A DNA stretch of 64,000 bases, taken from Felis catus (lineage: Eukaryota). A model generated the notes under the pieces. It was not told the origin of the DNA and did not search any database. It was given only the letters and a program-made list of their open reading frames with translations. Positions 25,941-41,178 of the stretch are shown piece by piece. Numbering within the stretch: position 1 is the stretch's first letter; each line of letters opens with the position of its first letter. The stretch covers positions 107,696,001 through 107,760,000 of the forward strand of contig NC_058368.1 in NCBI RefSeq assembly GCF_018350175.1. Direction: 5' to 3'. The position numbers were made by a program, and so were the translations under genes.

Positions 25941-26197
25941 TTTTACTGCCCCAAAGGATGTAGAGTTATTAATGAGCATGATATATTTTGTGGAAGAGAA
26001 TAAAATCTGGTGTTACTGAAGCATGGAGTTTGTAGAGGGAGATGCGGTTTTTTACCATCTGCTTTCTCCCTCACAGGAAATACCCCACACTGGAGTACTA
26101 CTCCTCCCCTTGTTCCTTGGGACATTTTCTCTGAAATGCCCTGTTGACTATGTGTTTCCATGGCACCTGTGTTTCCTCTTTCATCTATTTTTATTAA

Positions 26198-26286
26198 TCC
26201 TTCCTTCCTTCTTCCCTCTTTCCTTCCTTCTTTCCTTCCTCCACTCCTCCCTTCCTTCCTTCTTTCTTTCTTTTTCTTTCTTTATT

Positions 26287-26322
<36 letters not shown>

Positions 26323-26368
26323 TCCTTCCTTCCTTCCTTCCTTCCTTCCTTCCTTCCTTCCTTCCTTC
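26198..26368. repeat. Polypyrimidine microsatellite (TTTC)n/(TTCC)n
   Basis: Directly visible tandem repeats. Confidence 0.97.
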
Positions 26369-26844
26369 TGGCAATAGACATTTAATTGGTATCTGTCATG
26401 TACCAGGCATTGTAGTAAGTTAACCTAACTAGACACAGTGTTGAAGAAGAGACAGTCTCCACTGATGTCCATAGTCTAGTATAAAAAGATAGAAACAAAA
26501 CATAAATACTTGTACAAATAACTAATTGAAATTGTGTATCGCTAAGGGGAAGTAATGGATACTATTTATACAACCAGAGTTAATTATTTATCATCTGTTG
26601 TGTGTGATAAGAACTGGAGATACAGCAGTGAACACAATGAACAAAAGCCTCTGCTTGATGGAAACAGATAATAGAGAGATCTGACATGGTGGTAGGGGTA
26701 TAGGAAAGTATGCCCTGCAATGGCATTTCAGTTAAACTTGACTATTGTGTTGTCTCCCCCTGTCTAGCATAGTGTCTGCTACTTAATGAGATGTTTGTTA
26801 TGTAAATGAATACCAAGAAGAAGAATGATACTACTATTCTTATT

Positions 26845-27095
26845 ACTACTTCTAGCTAATATGATTACGTACTTATTGTGAGCCAATTTGTTAATGTACT
26901 TTAATGCAGCTTATTATTTAATACTTACAAAAACCTTATGATATAGGTACTGTTTTTCCAATATCTTAATGCAGAAATTGAGTCTTAGAGATGTGAAGAC
27001 TTTTTCCTAAGCTCTCACAGCCTGTAATTGGAAAAGCTAGAATTTGAACCCAGACTTGTGTGACTCAAAATGTACAGGAATTCCAACCACTAGAA
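26845..27095 (-). mobile_element. MIR remnant
   Basis: aaccttatgatataggtact...gcagaaattgagtcttagag...gctagaatttgaacccagac. Confidence 0.65.
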
Positions 27096-28723
27096 TATAT
27101 TGCCATCTTTTTCACTTTCTATAAAGTCCACATTTGACATCCTGGCCCTTGTGCAAAAGTTCACAGGTCTCATGTGGCCCCTCTGATAATAGGAAGTAAG
27201 GGTCTAAAGAAAACTATGAGAAATGCATCTGCTGTGTATCTTCTCCACCCTCTAGAAATTTCTGGATGTCTCCCATGCCTAGCTAGGTTTTTAAAGGTAG
27301 CAGCTTCAGGGGTCCTAAGGAGCTCTGCTATAGAAATCCTGAGATCTATGAATGAACTGTCTCCCCTGGCATCACCTGATGGACAGTGCTGCTTTATAGC
27401 TTCATGGGGACAGAAACTTTGTCTGTTTTATTCATGATTATTCCACATGATTCATGATTATTCGCCTTCAAAGTTGGTAGGCAAATGCAGACCTACCATC
27501 CGTAGCCTGGGAGAGAAGTGTACCTAATCCTGGGATTGAATGCTCTTCTGTGAGGCCTTCAAATGCATTTAATGAATAGAAAAAATATGTAGACATTGCT
27601 TTACTTTAGATATGGAAGCACCTTCTAAACCATTCTGATCACGAAAAGGTAAAAATTTGGAAGCGGCTTCTGTTCAACTCATCTTACCATTTGCTTTAAT
27701 GGGCCTGGAATCTTTCATTGTTGATATTCAGGCAACCACATGTCCCTTTCTCTGTCCTACATGTCCTTCCTTTGTAGTTTCTCTCCTTTACCCCTGTCCC
27801 CTCTCTACATGTTACTTCTTGATTATCCTCTCTGCTTCACTTCATTCGATTCTTTTGAGAGTTCAGGCTCTTGAGGAATTGCTATGCATTGATTTTTATC
27901 TAGTTCTGATGAGGAACAGGGATGTAGAAAGATTGAGAAGATAAGCTCTTACTGGGATTTCCCCTCAGAATTTTATATAAAAGAAAATCCAGCTTATCAG
28001 GGTATAGAAGTTAACTTTCTTCTAACCTGTCTCCTGTGTGTTACTTCTTCAAAAGAATGTCTGACTCCTTTATTTCCATGTCCTCAGCTCAGCTGCATTG
28101 GTCAAGACCCCTTTCGTAATCTTTACATGGTCTAGACAGATTCCAGAAAGAAGAAGAGATAGAAGACAAACAGGTTTATCCCATCATGAAAATAATAATA
28201 GAGCAAATGAAACAATCAGTCATCAAACAACTAGGAGAAATGAGCATTCTTCACTACTCCGTCACAATTAAGAGAACATAGACAATATATTGGACACAGA
28301 TGCTTTGATTTATACTTCAGACCTGAAAGCCCTAAGATGGCTAAATTGAATGCACAAGTTAGATTAAGCTGAAGAGTAAGTGTTTATTTGATACTTGTGC
28401 CAGGTGCTGCATCAGGTTTAGGAGCGCACAGAGATGAAAAGATCATTCCCTGGCCATGCTGATCACAGTCCAATTGGGAATGAGTTATGTAAACAGATAA
28501 TTTCAATACACGGTGGTGTGGACTGCAATAGAATTATTCCGAGGTACTCCAACTAAACTCCAAAATAAATCAAGGAATGATTTCTGGAGAAAGTGATGCT
28601 GAACCAAGTTGTAGCCAAAGTGAAGAAGATAAAAAAAGAGTTATAAGCAAAGAAGATATGGTGAAAAATTGTGAAAAGGCTGAGTACACACAGAAACTCT
28701 GTTATTATATCATAAAGTTTAAA

Positions 28724-28934
28724 TTTTTTTAATGTTTATTTATTTGTGTGTGTGAGAGAGAGAGAGACAGAATACAAGTGGAGACAGAGAGAGAGAAGGA
28801 GACACAGAATCTAAAGCAGGCTCCAGGCTCTGAACTCTCAGCCCAGAGCCCATCAATGGGGCTCAAACTCACAGTGAGATCATGACCTGAGCTGAAGTCA
28901 GATGCTCACACTGACTGAGCCACCCCAGTGCCCC
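28724..28934 (-). mobile_element. Carnivore SINE
   Basis: SINE body; TSD cataaagtttaaa on both sides. Confidence 0.93.
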
Positions 28935-29049
28935 TAGAGCATAAAGTTTAAAGGAATGAGTGACAGAAGGTGAGGACGGAGATTGGATGGGGCAAGGGCT
29001 TGAAGGATCTTGTGTGTTGTGCTAAGAAGCCTGGGCTTGTACATGATGA

Positions 29050-29200
29050 AACATCAGTAAGTAAAGACAGTGCTTTGCTGTGGTTACAAATAACTCCCCC
29101 CTTTCACTGATTTAAAACAACAAAAGTTTATTTTTCATTCACTACATTAGAGTCTATCACAGGTCAGCAATGCACAGGACACTGCATTGCTATCACTAAG
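29050..29200 (-). mobile_element. MLT1-type LTR fragment
   Basis: ttgctgtggttacaaataactccc...tttaaaacaacaaaagtttattt resembles an MLT1 terminus. Confidence 0.55.
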
Positions 29201-29239
29201 GCTACTGAAGTATCTTGAATGTGAAAAGTTATGTTGTCA

Positions 29240-31015
<1,776 letters not shown>

Positions 31016-31017
31016 TA

Positions 31018-33561
31018 AAGGCATACCTCATTTTGTTGCACTTTGCTTTATTTTACCTCACAAATACTACATTTTTTACAAATTGAAGATGTGTAGCTAC
31101 CCTGCATTAAGCAAGTCTATTTTCCCCATTTTTCCAATAGCATTTGCTTATTTCACGTCTCTGTGTCACATTTTGGTAATTATCCCAATATTTCAAACTT
31201 TTTCATTATTATTTGTTATGGTGATCTGTGATCAGTGATCTTTAATGTTACCGTTGAAATTGTTTTGGGGTGCCATGAACAGCACCCACATAAAATGCCA
31301 GACTTATTCAATAAGTGTTGTGTGTGCTCTGATTCCTCCATCGTTTCTGTCTCTGCCCTTGGGCCTCCCTATTTCTTGAGACACAACAATATTGAAATTA
31401 GACCCATTAATAACCCTACAGTGGCCTCTAAGTGTTCATGTGAAAAGGGGAGTCACATGTCTCTCACTTTAGATCAAAAGCTAGAAGTGGTTCAGTTTAG
31501 TGTGAAGAAAGCATGTGGAAAGCTGAGAGAGGCCAAAAGTTAGTCCTCTTGCATGAAATAGTTACTCAGTTTTGAATGCAAAGGAAAAGTTCTTTAAGGA
31601 AGTTAAAAATGCTACTCGAGTGAACACATGAATGATAAGAAAACAATACAGCCTTTTTGCCGATAATGGAGAAAGTTTGGTAGTCTAGAGAGAATATCAA
31701 GCCATTCACAACATTCCCTTAGGCCAAAACCTAATCCAGAGCAAGACCCTTAACCTCTTCAGTTCTAGGAAGGCTAAGAGAAATGAGGAAGCTGCAGAAG
31801 AAATGTTTGAAGCTAGCAGTTTGGTTCATGAGTTTTAATGAAAGGGGCTATCTCCATAACATAAAATGCAAGGTGAAGCCGCAGGTGCTGACATGGAAGC
31901 TGAAGCAAGTTATCCGGAAGTTCTAGCCGAGATAACAAACTAAGATGGCTACACTAAACACGAGCTTTTCAATGTAGACAAAACAGTTTTCTGTGGGAAG
32001 AAGATGCCACTTAGGGCTTTCATAACTAGAAAGGAGAAGTAAGCCTTCAGAACTTTGAAGGACTAACTCTCTTTTTTTTTAAAGTTTATTTACTTAATTT
32101 GAGAGAGAAGAGCACACACATGTGTCAGGGGGAGGGGCAGAGAGAGAGAGAGAATCCCAAGCAGGCTCTGCACTGTCAGCACAGAGCCCAACATGGGGTT
32201 CAATCTCATGAACGCTGAGATCATGACCTGAGCCACAATCAAGAGTCAGACACTTACCCAACTGGACCACCCAGGTGCCCTTGCTGACTCTCTTATTAGG
32301 GGCTACTGCAGCTGTAAGTTGAAGCCTGTGCTCATTTACCATTCCAAAAATTCTGGGGACTTAAGAATTAGGCTGAATCTACTCTGCCTATGCTTTATAA
32401 ATGGGAAGCCTAGGTAGCAGCACATCTGTATATAACATGGTTTACTGAATATTTTAAGACCACTAATGCTACCTAAGCTCAGAAAAAAAGATTCTTTTCA
32501 AAATACTGCTACCTATTGACAGGGCTCCTGGTCACCCAAGAGCTCTGACAGAGATGAACATTGAGATTACTGCTGTTTTCATGCCAGCTAACACAGCATC
32601 CATTCTGCAGCCCATGGATCAAGGAGTCATTTCAACTCTCAAATCTTATTATTGCAGAAATACATTTCCTAAGGCTATATAGCTGCCATAGACAGTGATT
32701 CCTTTGATGGATCTGGGCAAATTAAATTGACAACCTCTGGAAAAGATTCACCATTCTAGCTGCCATTATAACCTTTGTGATTTATGGGAAGTGATCAGAA
32801 TATCAACACAAACAAGAGCTTGGAAGAAGTTGATTCCAACCCTCATGGATGACTGTGAGGGGTTCCAGACTTCATTGGACGAAGTCAGTGCTGATGTGGT
32901 GGAAACAGCAGGAGAACTAGGATTAGAAGTAAAGCCTGAAGCTGTGCCATCCCATGATGAAACTTTAACAAATGATTATTTGTTTCTTATGGATGCATGA
33001 AGAAAATAGTTTTTTGAGATGGAATCTACTCCTGGCGAAGACGCTGTAAAGATTGTTTAACGGACAACAAAGGATTTAGAATATTTCATAAACTTCGTTG
33101 ATAAAGCAGCAGCAGGGTTTGAGAGGATTAAGTCCAGTTTCGAGACAAGTACTACTGTGGGTAAACCACTATCAACATGCTACCCAGAAGTCATTTGTGA
33201 AAGGAGGAGTCAGTCGATGCAGCCCACTTCATTGTTGTCTTATTTTTAAGAAATTACCACAGCCACTCCTGCCTTCAGCACCCACAACCCTGGTCAGCAG
33301 CCTTCAGCATTGAGACAAGACCCTCCTCCAGCAAAAACATTGCATCTCACTCAAAGTTCAATGATGATTATCATTTTTTAGAAATAAAATATTTCTTAAT
33401 TAAGATATGTACATTGCTTTTTATACATAATGCTATTGCACACTTTATGCACTACAGTATAGTGTAAACATAACTTTTATTTACTGGGAAATAAAATAAT
33501 TTGACTGACTTTATTTTGCAGTGGTCTGGAACCATACCTGCAATTATCTCCATTATGCCTG
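31018..33561 (+). mobile_element. Tigger1 (TcMar-Tigger DNA transposon), near full length, decayed transposase
   Basis: Left end aaggcatacctcattttgttgcactttgctttatt, right end gtggtctggaaccatacctgcaattatctccattatgcctg; TA at 31016-17 and 33562-63; remnants [43 protein letters not shown]. Confidence 0.95.
32072..32280 (-). mobile_element. Carnivore SINE inserted in Tigger1
   Basis: SINE body; approximate TSD ctaactctctt / ctgactctctt. Confidence 0.93.
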
Positions 33562-33676
33562 TACCCATTTAACTTTTCAAGTTGCTTAGCATTCAAAACT
33601 AATGGCATAACCAAATCAGTCCTAGGATTTTATCTTAGAGAATCTGTTTCCTAACTTCTTTCATGGTGTCGATTGC

Positions 33677-34210
33677 TATATCCTTTGGGTTCACTTAGGA
33701 AAATGAAATCACACTGGGAATTTCTACACTACAGTTTTAATATCGAGAACTGAATACGTAGTAATGGAAGAATTGACAAAATCATAGCCAGGAGATCACC
33801 AAATATAACAACTACAGGAATCAGATGCCACTCCAGAGGCTGGGTGAAACAATAGGTTACCATAACCTAAGATTTTGAACGAGGGACTGCACAGAATTGG
33901 GTCTCAGGCCTTTGAGGAACAGGTACATCTGGCTGCTAACACTTCTGAGGTTGATTCTGTGAGTGTTGAAAGTTATCGATGTCTAGAGCCAACTGCTGCT
34001 GCTGAGAGGAATTGCCAGTGCTGTGGCAACACAGACAGCAAACTAAATAAAGGCCCTTCTCTACTCCTTCTTCCTTCCAGTCTCTCTCTGATGCTCCTCT
34101 TGACTTAATCTAACATAAGCCTCTGGCAAAGGAGTCTGGGCTTAAGCATTATGTAAAAGAACATAAAAGAGAGGGTGTGGAGCTGAGCCACAATAGGTGC
34201 ATAACCAGCA
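33677..34210 (-). mobile_element. Ancient ERVL/MaLR-type LTR, probable 5' LTR of the 29240-31015 internal region
   Basis: gggttcacttaggaaaatgaaatcacactgg...ctggcaaaggagtctggg...ggagctgagccacaataggtgcataaccagca resembles old LTR families; orientation and position fit. Confidence 0.55.
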
Positions 34211-34605
34211 TGAATGCATTTCATAAAGGTGTTAGAGAAGCAGTAATTTTTTTACTATGAAACTTATTGTCAAATTTTTAAGTTGTCACATAAAGGATGA
34301 GAAGGAGTTAGCCCAAGAGTAAAGGAAAATATTTCAGTCAGAAGGAATGACATATGCAAAGACCAGGAGGAAGAGAGAAAGACAAATTTGGACAACTAAC
34401 AATTAAACTCGTGGCATTTCCTTTATATAACCCAGGAAAACTGATTTGATGGGCCTTCCTGGTTAAGGGTTAATACCAAAACAATGGTTCTTAGGGCACT
34501 GACGGTATGCCCTCAATATAACAATAACAGAAAATTTTATGTTTATAGGCCTTTATTATATTTCCCAAAGGTAGCTCCTTGAGAAGCTTCAAAACAATTT
34601 TGCTA

Positions 34606-34826
34606 GGAGCGCCTGGGTGGCTCAGTCAGTTAAGTGTCCTACTGTGGCTCAGATCATGATCTTGCGGCTCATGAGTTCGAGCCCTGCAGTTGGGCTCTGT
34701 GCTGACAGCTTGGAGCCTGGAGCCTGCTTCGAATTCTGTGTCTCCCTTTCTGTCTCTTCCCTGCTGGCGCTGTCTCTCTCTGTCTCTAAAATATAAACTT
34801 AAAAAAAAAAAAAACTTAAAAAAAAA
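34606..34826 (+). mobile_element. Carnivore SINE
   Basis: Full body with A-tail; approximate TSD caattttgcta / caatttggcta. Confidence 0.93.
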
Positions 34827-34869
34827 GCAATTTGGCTAATTCTTGTCATTCTGTCTTTGCTTTTATTTT

Positions 34870-36320
34870 TTTTCATCTAGTATTTTGTTTGTTTTTCTCA
34901 TTGAGGTATAATTGACATACAACATTATGTTAGTTTCAGGTATACAACATAATAATTTGATATTTATATGTATTGTGAAGTGAGCCTAACAATCAGCCCA
35001 AGTAATATCTGTCACCATCCACAGTTACAAAAGTTTTTTTCATGTGATGAGAGCATTTAAGATCTATTCTCTTAGCAGTTTTCAAATATGCATTATGATA
35101 TTGTTAATACTGTAATGCTATACATTACATCCCCATGACTTAATTATTTTATCACTGGACGTTTGCACCTTTTGACCCCCTTCACCTATTTCTCCTTCCC
35201 TTCTCTTTCTTGCCTTTGGTAACCACTGATTTGTTCTCTGTCACTATGAGCTTGATTTATTGTAGCAGTTGTTGTTTTAAATTTCACGTATAAATGAGAC
35301 CATATAGTACTTATCTTTCTCTGTCAGTCTTATTTCACTTAGCGTAATTCCCCCAAGGTCCTTCCATGTTGCAAATGGAAAGATTTCATTCTTTTTTATG
35401 GCCGAATAGTGTTTCATTGTGTATATATATACCACATCTTCTATATCCATTCATATATCATTGGACACTTAGGTTGCTTTTATATCTTGGTATTGTAAAT
35501 AATGCTGCAGTAAACATGGGGGTACATATATCTTTTCAAGTTAATATTTTTATTTCCTTTAAAGAAATACCCAGAAGTAGAATTTCTGAACCATATGGTA
35601 GTTCTATTTTTAGTTTTTGGAGCAAACTTCATACTTTTTCCCCTAATGGCTGAACCAGTTTACCTTTCTACCAACAGTGCACCATGGTTCCCTTTTCTCC
35701 ACATTCTCACCAACACTTGTTATTTCTTATCTTTTTGGCAATAGCAGCTTTAATAGATGTGAAGTGAATCTCATTATGGTTTTGATTTGCATTTCCCTGA
35801 TGACTAGTGATACTAAACACCTTTTTGTGTGGCTTGTTGGCCATCTTCATGTCTCTTCCTTGGAAAAAATTGTCTATTCAGATTCTCTGTCCATTTTTTA
35901 AATTCAATTGTTTGGGTTTGCTACTGAGTTGTATTAACTCTTTATATATTTTGGATACTAGCCCCTTAGCGTGTGCATGATTTGCAAGTATATTCTCCCA
36001 TTCCATAGGCTGCTTTTTCATTTTGTGGATGGTTTCCGTTGTTGTGCAGAAGCTATTTAGTTTGTAGTCCCATTTGTTTATTTTTTCTTTTTCTACCTTT
36101 GCTTTAGGAATCGGATCCAGAAACTTCTCGTCACAACCAATGTCGAGGAGCTTACTACTTGTGTTCTCTTTGAGTATTTTTATGGTTTCAGGTCTTACAT
36201 TCAAGCCTTTAATCCATTTTGAGTTGATTTGTGTGTGTGGTATAAGATAATAATTTATTTGCATTCTTTTGCATGTGGCTCATCACTTTTTCCAGTACCG
36301 TTTATTGAGGAGACTCCTTT
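34870..36320 (-). mobile_element. 5'-truncated old L1 (L1MA-like): 3'UTR plus ORF2 C-terminus
   Basis: ORF 35878-36264 INSKWIKGLNVRPETIKILKEN...[14 protein letters not shown]; 3' terminus ttgaggtataattgacatacaacattatg. Confidence 0.92.
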
Positions 36321-37640
36321 GCCTTTGATTCTTATTCCTTCTCCTCTGTTTTCATATAGTTGTTGACTTTGGAATAAGAACAGTAAAGTAAATCATTAAA
36401 AACCAGGTTCATATAGATTTTCTTTTTTCTTTATTTTAGAGATTTTTTTCATAGCAAATATTCTATAAATGATAATATGTGTTATAGTTCAAAAGTCTTT
36501 ATCTCTTTCTTTTTTCTCCTGGTAAGAAGAACTCTTTTATTCACTCTACATGACATAAAGTGATTTCAGCTTATTTAACTACAGCCTTGTGTTTTCAAAG
36601 GGCTTTAATGACCTCACAGTCTAAATGAAATCAAAGACTACATGTGTAAGGGTAGGCCCTGAGAACAAGGGATGTGTTACTTCTGCACCTGATCTGCTCT
36701 ACCTGCATGCTTGAGGAACGGGAAAGGATGCTGTAATATCTTGTCTTAGGCCACTGTTTTTTACAACTTAGATCTGTGCTTAAGTAGAAATCTGGAATGG
36801 ATACTTGGGCATCAATATCCTATGGCTACGATGCCATGCAAGCCATTTCTGAATTTTATTCTCTTTAGAACTTATTGAAGCTTCAGATTCCTCAGAGCTG
36901 GTTTGCTTCATGTACTCTGTACATGATACATGGCACATTAGCTATAGAATGATGTGCCAATTTATACGTTTATGATTTTGTTGAATCATCTATCATGACT
37001 AACTGTCAGAGGTAAAGGTTTAATGTGGTTCTTTGACTTCCTGGTGTTTTCATTTGCTTTAAGGATCAAAAACAATTTTACATTAATTTTTCTTTTTTCG
37101 TATATTTAATTTTTCTTATTATAACTTTGTATGCATTAGCTTTGGTTAGTTAATACGTTATTTTTCTACTCTACTATTTTCTTTCCTTACACAGTTTGAA
37201 ACCAAGGCATCCAGCTTCCTTAATTTTCTCACTTATTATATATAAAAACTAGAAGTTCAATTAGAAAAAGAAAAGAATCCCATCATGCTGCTTCCCAAGT
37301 ATCTGCATGTATTAGAAGATATTGTTTGTAAGAGAACCATGTGAGAGAGATGAAAATACTTATTTTAGGATGATTGCATGGGGGCTCAGTCCAAGTGTCA
37401 CTATCTCTTGCTAGAGAGTTTTCTTAAAGGTCACAAATGTTCCTTAGTCATTCACCTTGAGAAATTAAAAGATTAATTAGAAAAACCAATAGGGATGTAT
37501 TCAAATTCCAGTGAAGAAAAATCATGCTAATGACTAAACAAATATGTTCTGATGAACTAATGAACACAGTTATTATATCTGAATTCCAATGACAAGTTCT
37601 GTGGTAGTCACCAAGGATTTATTAATAATAGGTACATCAT

Positions 37641-40251
37641 ATCCTTCTCAAGATATTCCAAAAAATAGAAAGGGAAGGAAAACTTCCAGATTCATTCTAT
37701 GAAGCCAGTATTACTTTGATTCCTAAACCAGACAGAGACCCAGTAAAAAAAGAGAACTACAGGCCAATATCCCTGATGAATATGTATGCAAAAATTCTCA
37801 ATAAGATACTAGCAAATCGAATTCAACAGCATATAAAAAGAATTATTCACATGATCCAGTGGGATCCATTCCTGGGATGCAGGGCTGGTTCAACATTCAC
37901 AAATCAATCAGTGTGATACATCACATTAATAAAAGAAAAGATAAGAACCATATGATCCTGTCAATAGATGCAGAAAAGGCTTTTGACAAAATTCAGCAAC
38001 CTTTCTTAATAAAAACCCTCGAGAAAGTCGGGATAGAAGGAACATACTTAAAGATCATAAAAGCCATTTATGAAAAGCCCACAGCTAACAGCATCCTCAA
38101 TGGGGAAAAACTGAGAGCTTTTTCCCTGAGATCAGGAACACGACAGGGATGTCCACTCTCACCGCTGTTGTTTAACGTAGTGTTGGAAGTTTTAGCATCA
38201 GCAATCAGACAACAAAAGGAAATCAAAGGCCTCAAAATTGGCAAAGGCGAAGTCAAACTTTCACTTTTTGCAGATGACATGATATTATACATGGAAAATC
38301 CGATAGATTCCACCAAAAGTCTGCTATAACTGATACATGAATTCAGCAAAGTTGCAGGATACAAAATCAATGTACAGAAATCAGTTGCATTCTTACACAC
38401 TAATAATGAAGCAACAGAAAGACAAACAAAGAAACTGATCCCATTCACAATTGCACCAAGAAGCATAATATACCTAGGAATAAATCTAACCAAAGATGTG
38501 AAAGATCTGTATGCTGAAAACTATAGAAAGCTTATGAAGGAAATTGAAGAAGATATAAAGAAATGGAAAAACATTCCATGCTCATGGATTGGAAGAATAA
38601 ATATTGTCAAAATGTCAATACTACCCAAAGCTATCTACACATTCAATGCAATCCCAATCAAAATTGCACCAGCATTCTTCTCGAAACTAGAACAAGCAAT
38701 CCTAAAATTCATATGGAACCACAAAAGGCCCCAAATAGCCAAAGTAATGTTGAAGAAGAAGACCAAAGCAGGAGGCATCACAATCCCAGACTTTAGCCTC
38801 TACTACAAAGCTGTAATCATCAAGACAGCATGGTATTGACACAAAAACAGACACATAGACCAATGGAATAGGGTAGACACCCCAGAACTAGACCCACAAA
38901 CGTATGGCCAACTCATCTTTGACAAAGCAGGAAAGAACATCCAATGGAAAAAAAGACAGTCTCTTTAACAAATGGTGCCGGGAGAACTGGACAGCAACAT
39001 ACAGAAGATTGACACTAGACCACTTTCTCACACCATTCACAAAAATAAGCTCAAAATGGATAAAGGACCTGAATGTGAGACAGGAAACCATCCAAATCCT
39101 AGAGGAGAAAGCAGGAAAAGACCTCTCTGACCTCAGCCATAGCAATTTCTTACTTGACACATCCCCAAAGGCAAGGGAATTAAAAGCAAAAATGAACTAC
39201 TGGGACCTTATGAAGATAAAAAGCTTCTGCACAGCAAAGGAAACAATCAACAAAACTAAAAGGCAACCAACAGAATGGGAAAAGATATTTGCAAATGACA
39301 TATCAGACAAAGGGCTTGTATCCAAAATCTATAAAGAGCTCGCCAAACTCCACACCCGAAAAACAAATAATCCAGTGAAGAAATGGGCAGAAAACATGAA
39401 TAGACACTTCTCTAAAGAAGACATCCGGATGGCCAACAGGCACATGAAAAGATGCTCAACGTCACTCCTCATCAGGGAAATACAAATCAAAACCACACTC
39501 AGATATCACCTCACGCCAGTCAGAGTGGCCAAAATGAACAAATCAGGAGACTATAGATGCTGGAGAGGATGTGGAGAAATGGGAACCCTCTTGCACTGTT
39601 GGTGGGAATGCAACCTGGTGCAAAACTCTGGAAAACAGTGTGGAGGTTCCTCAGAAAATTAAAAATAGACCTACCCTATGACCCAGCAATAGCACTGCTA
39701 GGAATTTACCCAAGGGATACAGGAGTGCTGATGCCTAGGGGCACTTGTACCCCAATGTTTATAGCAGCACTCTCAACAATAGCCAAATTATGGAAAGAGC
39801 CTAAATGTCCATCAACTGATGAATGGATAAAGAAACTGTGGTTTATATACACAATGGAGTACTACATGGCAATGAGAAAGAATGAAATATGGCCCTTTGT
39901 AGCAATGTGGATGGAACTGGAGAGTGTGATGCTAAGTGAAATAAGCCATACAGAGAAAGACAGATACCATATGTTTTCACTCTTATGTGGATCCTGAGAA
40001 ACTTAACAGAAACCCATAGGGGAGGGGAAGGAAAAAAAAAAGAAAGGAGGTTAGAGTGGGAGAGAGCCAAAGCATGAGAGACTCTTAAAAACTGAGAACA
40101 AACTGAGGGTTGATGGGGGGTGGGAGGAAGGGGAGGGTGGGTGATGGGTATTGAGGGGGACACCTTTTGGGATGAGCACTGGGTGTTGTATGGAAACCAA
40201 TTTGACAATAAACTTCATATAAAAATAAATAAATAAAAATAATAGTAATAA
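37641..40251 (+). mobile_element. Young 5'-truncated feline L1 (ORF2 RT through C-terminus, 3'UTR, A-rich tail); ORF2 disrupted
   Basis: [51 protein letters not shown] motifs; stops at 38327 and 38837 plus frameshifts; AATAAA 40207-40212; TSD aataataggtacatcat (37624-37640) / aataatagatacatcat (40252-40268). Confidence 0.97.
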
Positions 40252-40418
40252 AATAATAGATACATCATGCATATTGTATTCAGAGTAAAAAAGCTTGTAT
40301 TGTATTCAACACAAAAGATTGTACTCAAAGTGAAATAGATGCTAAGTAGTTCTATGTTGTAAAGTGTGGCCTCAGGCATAGTGCCAAAGGACTATGTTTG
40401 AAATGCAGCATCATTATC

Positions 40419-40624
40419 TTTTTTTTCTTTAATGTTTATTTATTTTTGAGAGAGACATAGCATGAGCAGGGAAGGGACAAAGAGAGGGAGACACAGAATC
40501 CAAAGTATGCTCCAGGATCTGAACTGTCAGCATAGAGCCCGACGTGGGACTCAAACTCACAAACTGCCAGATCATGACCTGAGCTTAAGTCGGACGCTTA
40601 ACCAACTGAGCCACCCAGGTGCCC
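40419..40624 (-). mobile_element. Carnivore SINE
   Basis: T-rich tail, SINE body, ends ccacccaggtgccc. Confidence 0.93.
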
Positions 40625-40968
40625 AGCGGCATCAGTTTCATTACCACACTTATTAGACTTCCTTACCTGTTTTTCTTACCAGTCTACCTGAGTCCAAATT
40701 AGGAATAAATTACTAAATTATCAGCCTGTGGGAGAGTGCTGTAGATTTCCTTTTTCTTTCTCTTGAGGAATGAGAGGGGATTGTTTTGCTTCATCCAGGC
40801 GAGGAGGATGGGCACGTCAAGAGATCCACTCACAAACTGGGATGGGATCATCTGAAGTGAGTTACATCTGAATTACAAGCTGGATGTTTGCTTTTACAGT
40901 GGATTTATTCATCTCCCTGTGTGCCTATTTGAAAATACAAGTGAAAGTGTCATAATAGCAACAGGGTT

Positions 40969-41178
40969 GAGAGGTACCTGTGTGGCTCTCTCGCTTGAGC
41001 ATCTGACACTTGAATTCGCCTCAGGTCATGATCCCAGGGTCATGGGATTGAGCCCCCCAGTGGGCTCCATGCTGAGCATGGAACCTTCTTGGGATTCATA
41101 TTCTCTCTTTCTCTCTCTCCCTCTGCCCCTCTCCCCTGTTCATGCTCTCTCTCTAAAATGAAAAAATAAATAAATAAA
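40969..41178 (+). mobile_element. Older carnivore SINE
   Basis: tcaggtcatgatcccagggtcatgggattgagcccc...(CT)n...A-tail. Confidence 0.9.

Noticed and set aside
26023..26423. F/L/S-rich membrane-like and K/E/R-rich ORFs
   Set aside because: Produced by the (TTTC)n/(TTCC)n microsatellite
29050..29200. LTR fragment as the 3' partner LTR of the ERVL remnant
   Set aside because: Its sequence does not resemble the 33677-34210 LTR by eye; probably an independent MLT1 insertion
37716..39997. Long ORFs (up to 252 aa) with reverse-transcriptase and cysteine-rich motifs as a functional gene or novel RT system
   Set aside because: They are consecutive pieces of one 5'-truncated L1 ORF2, broken by stops and frameshifts, with no promoter, ORF1 or endonuclease
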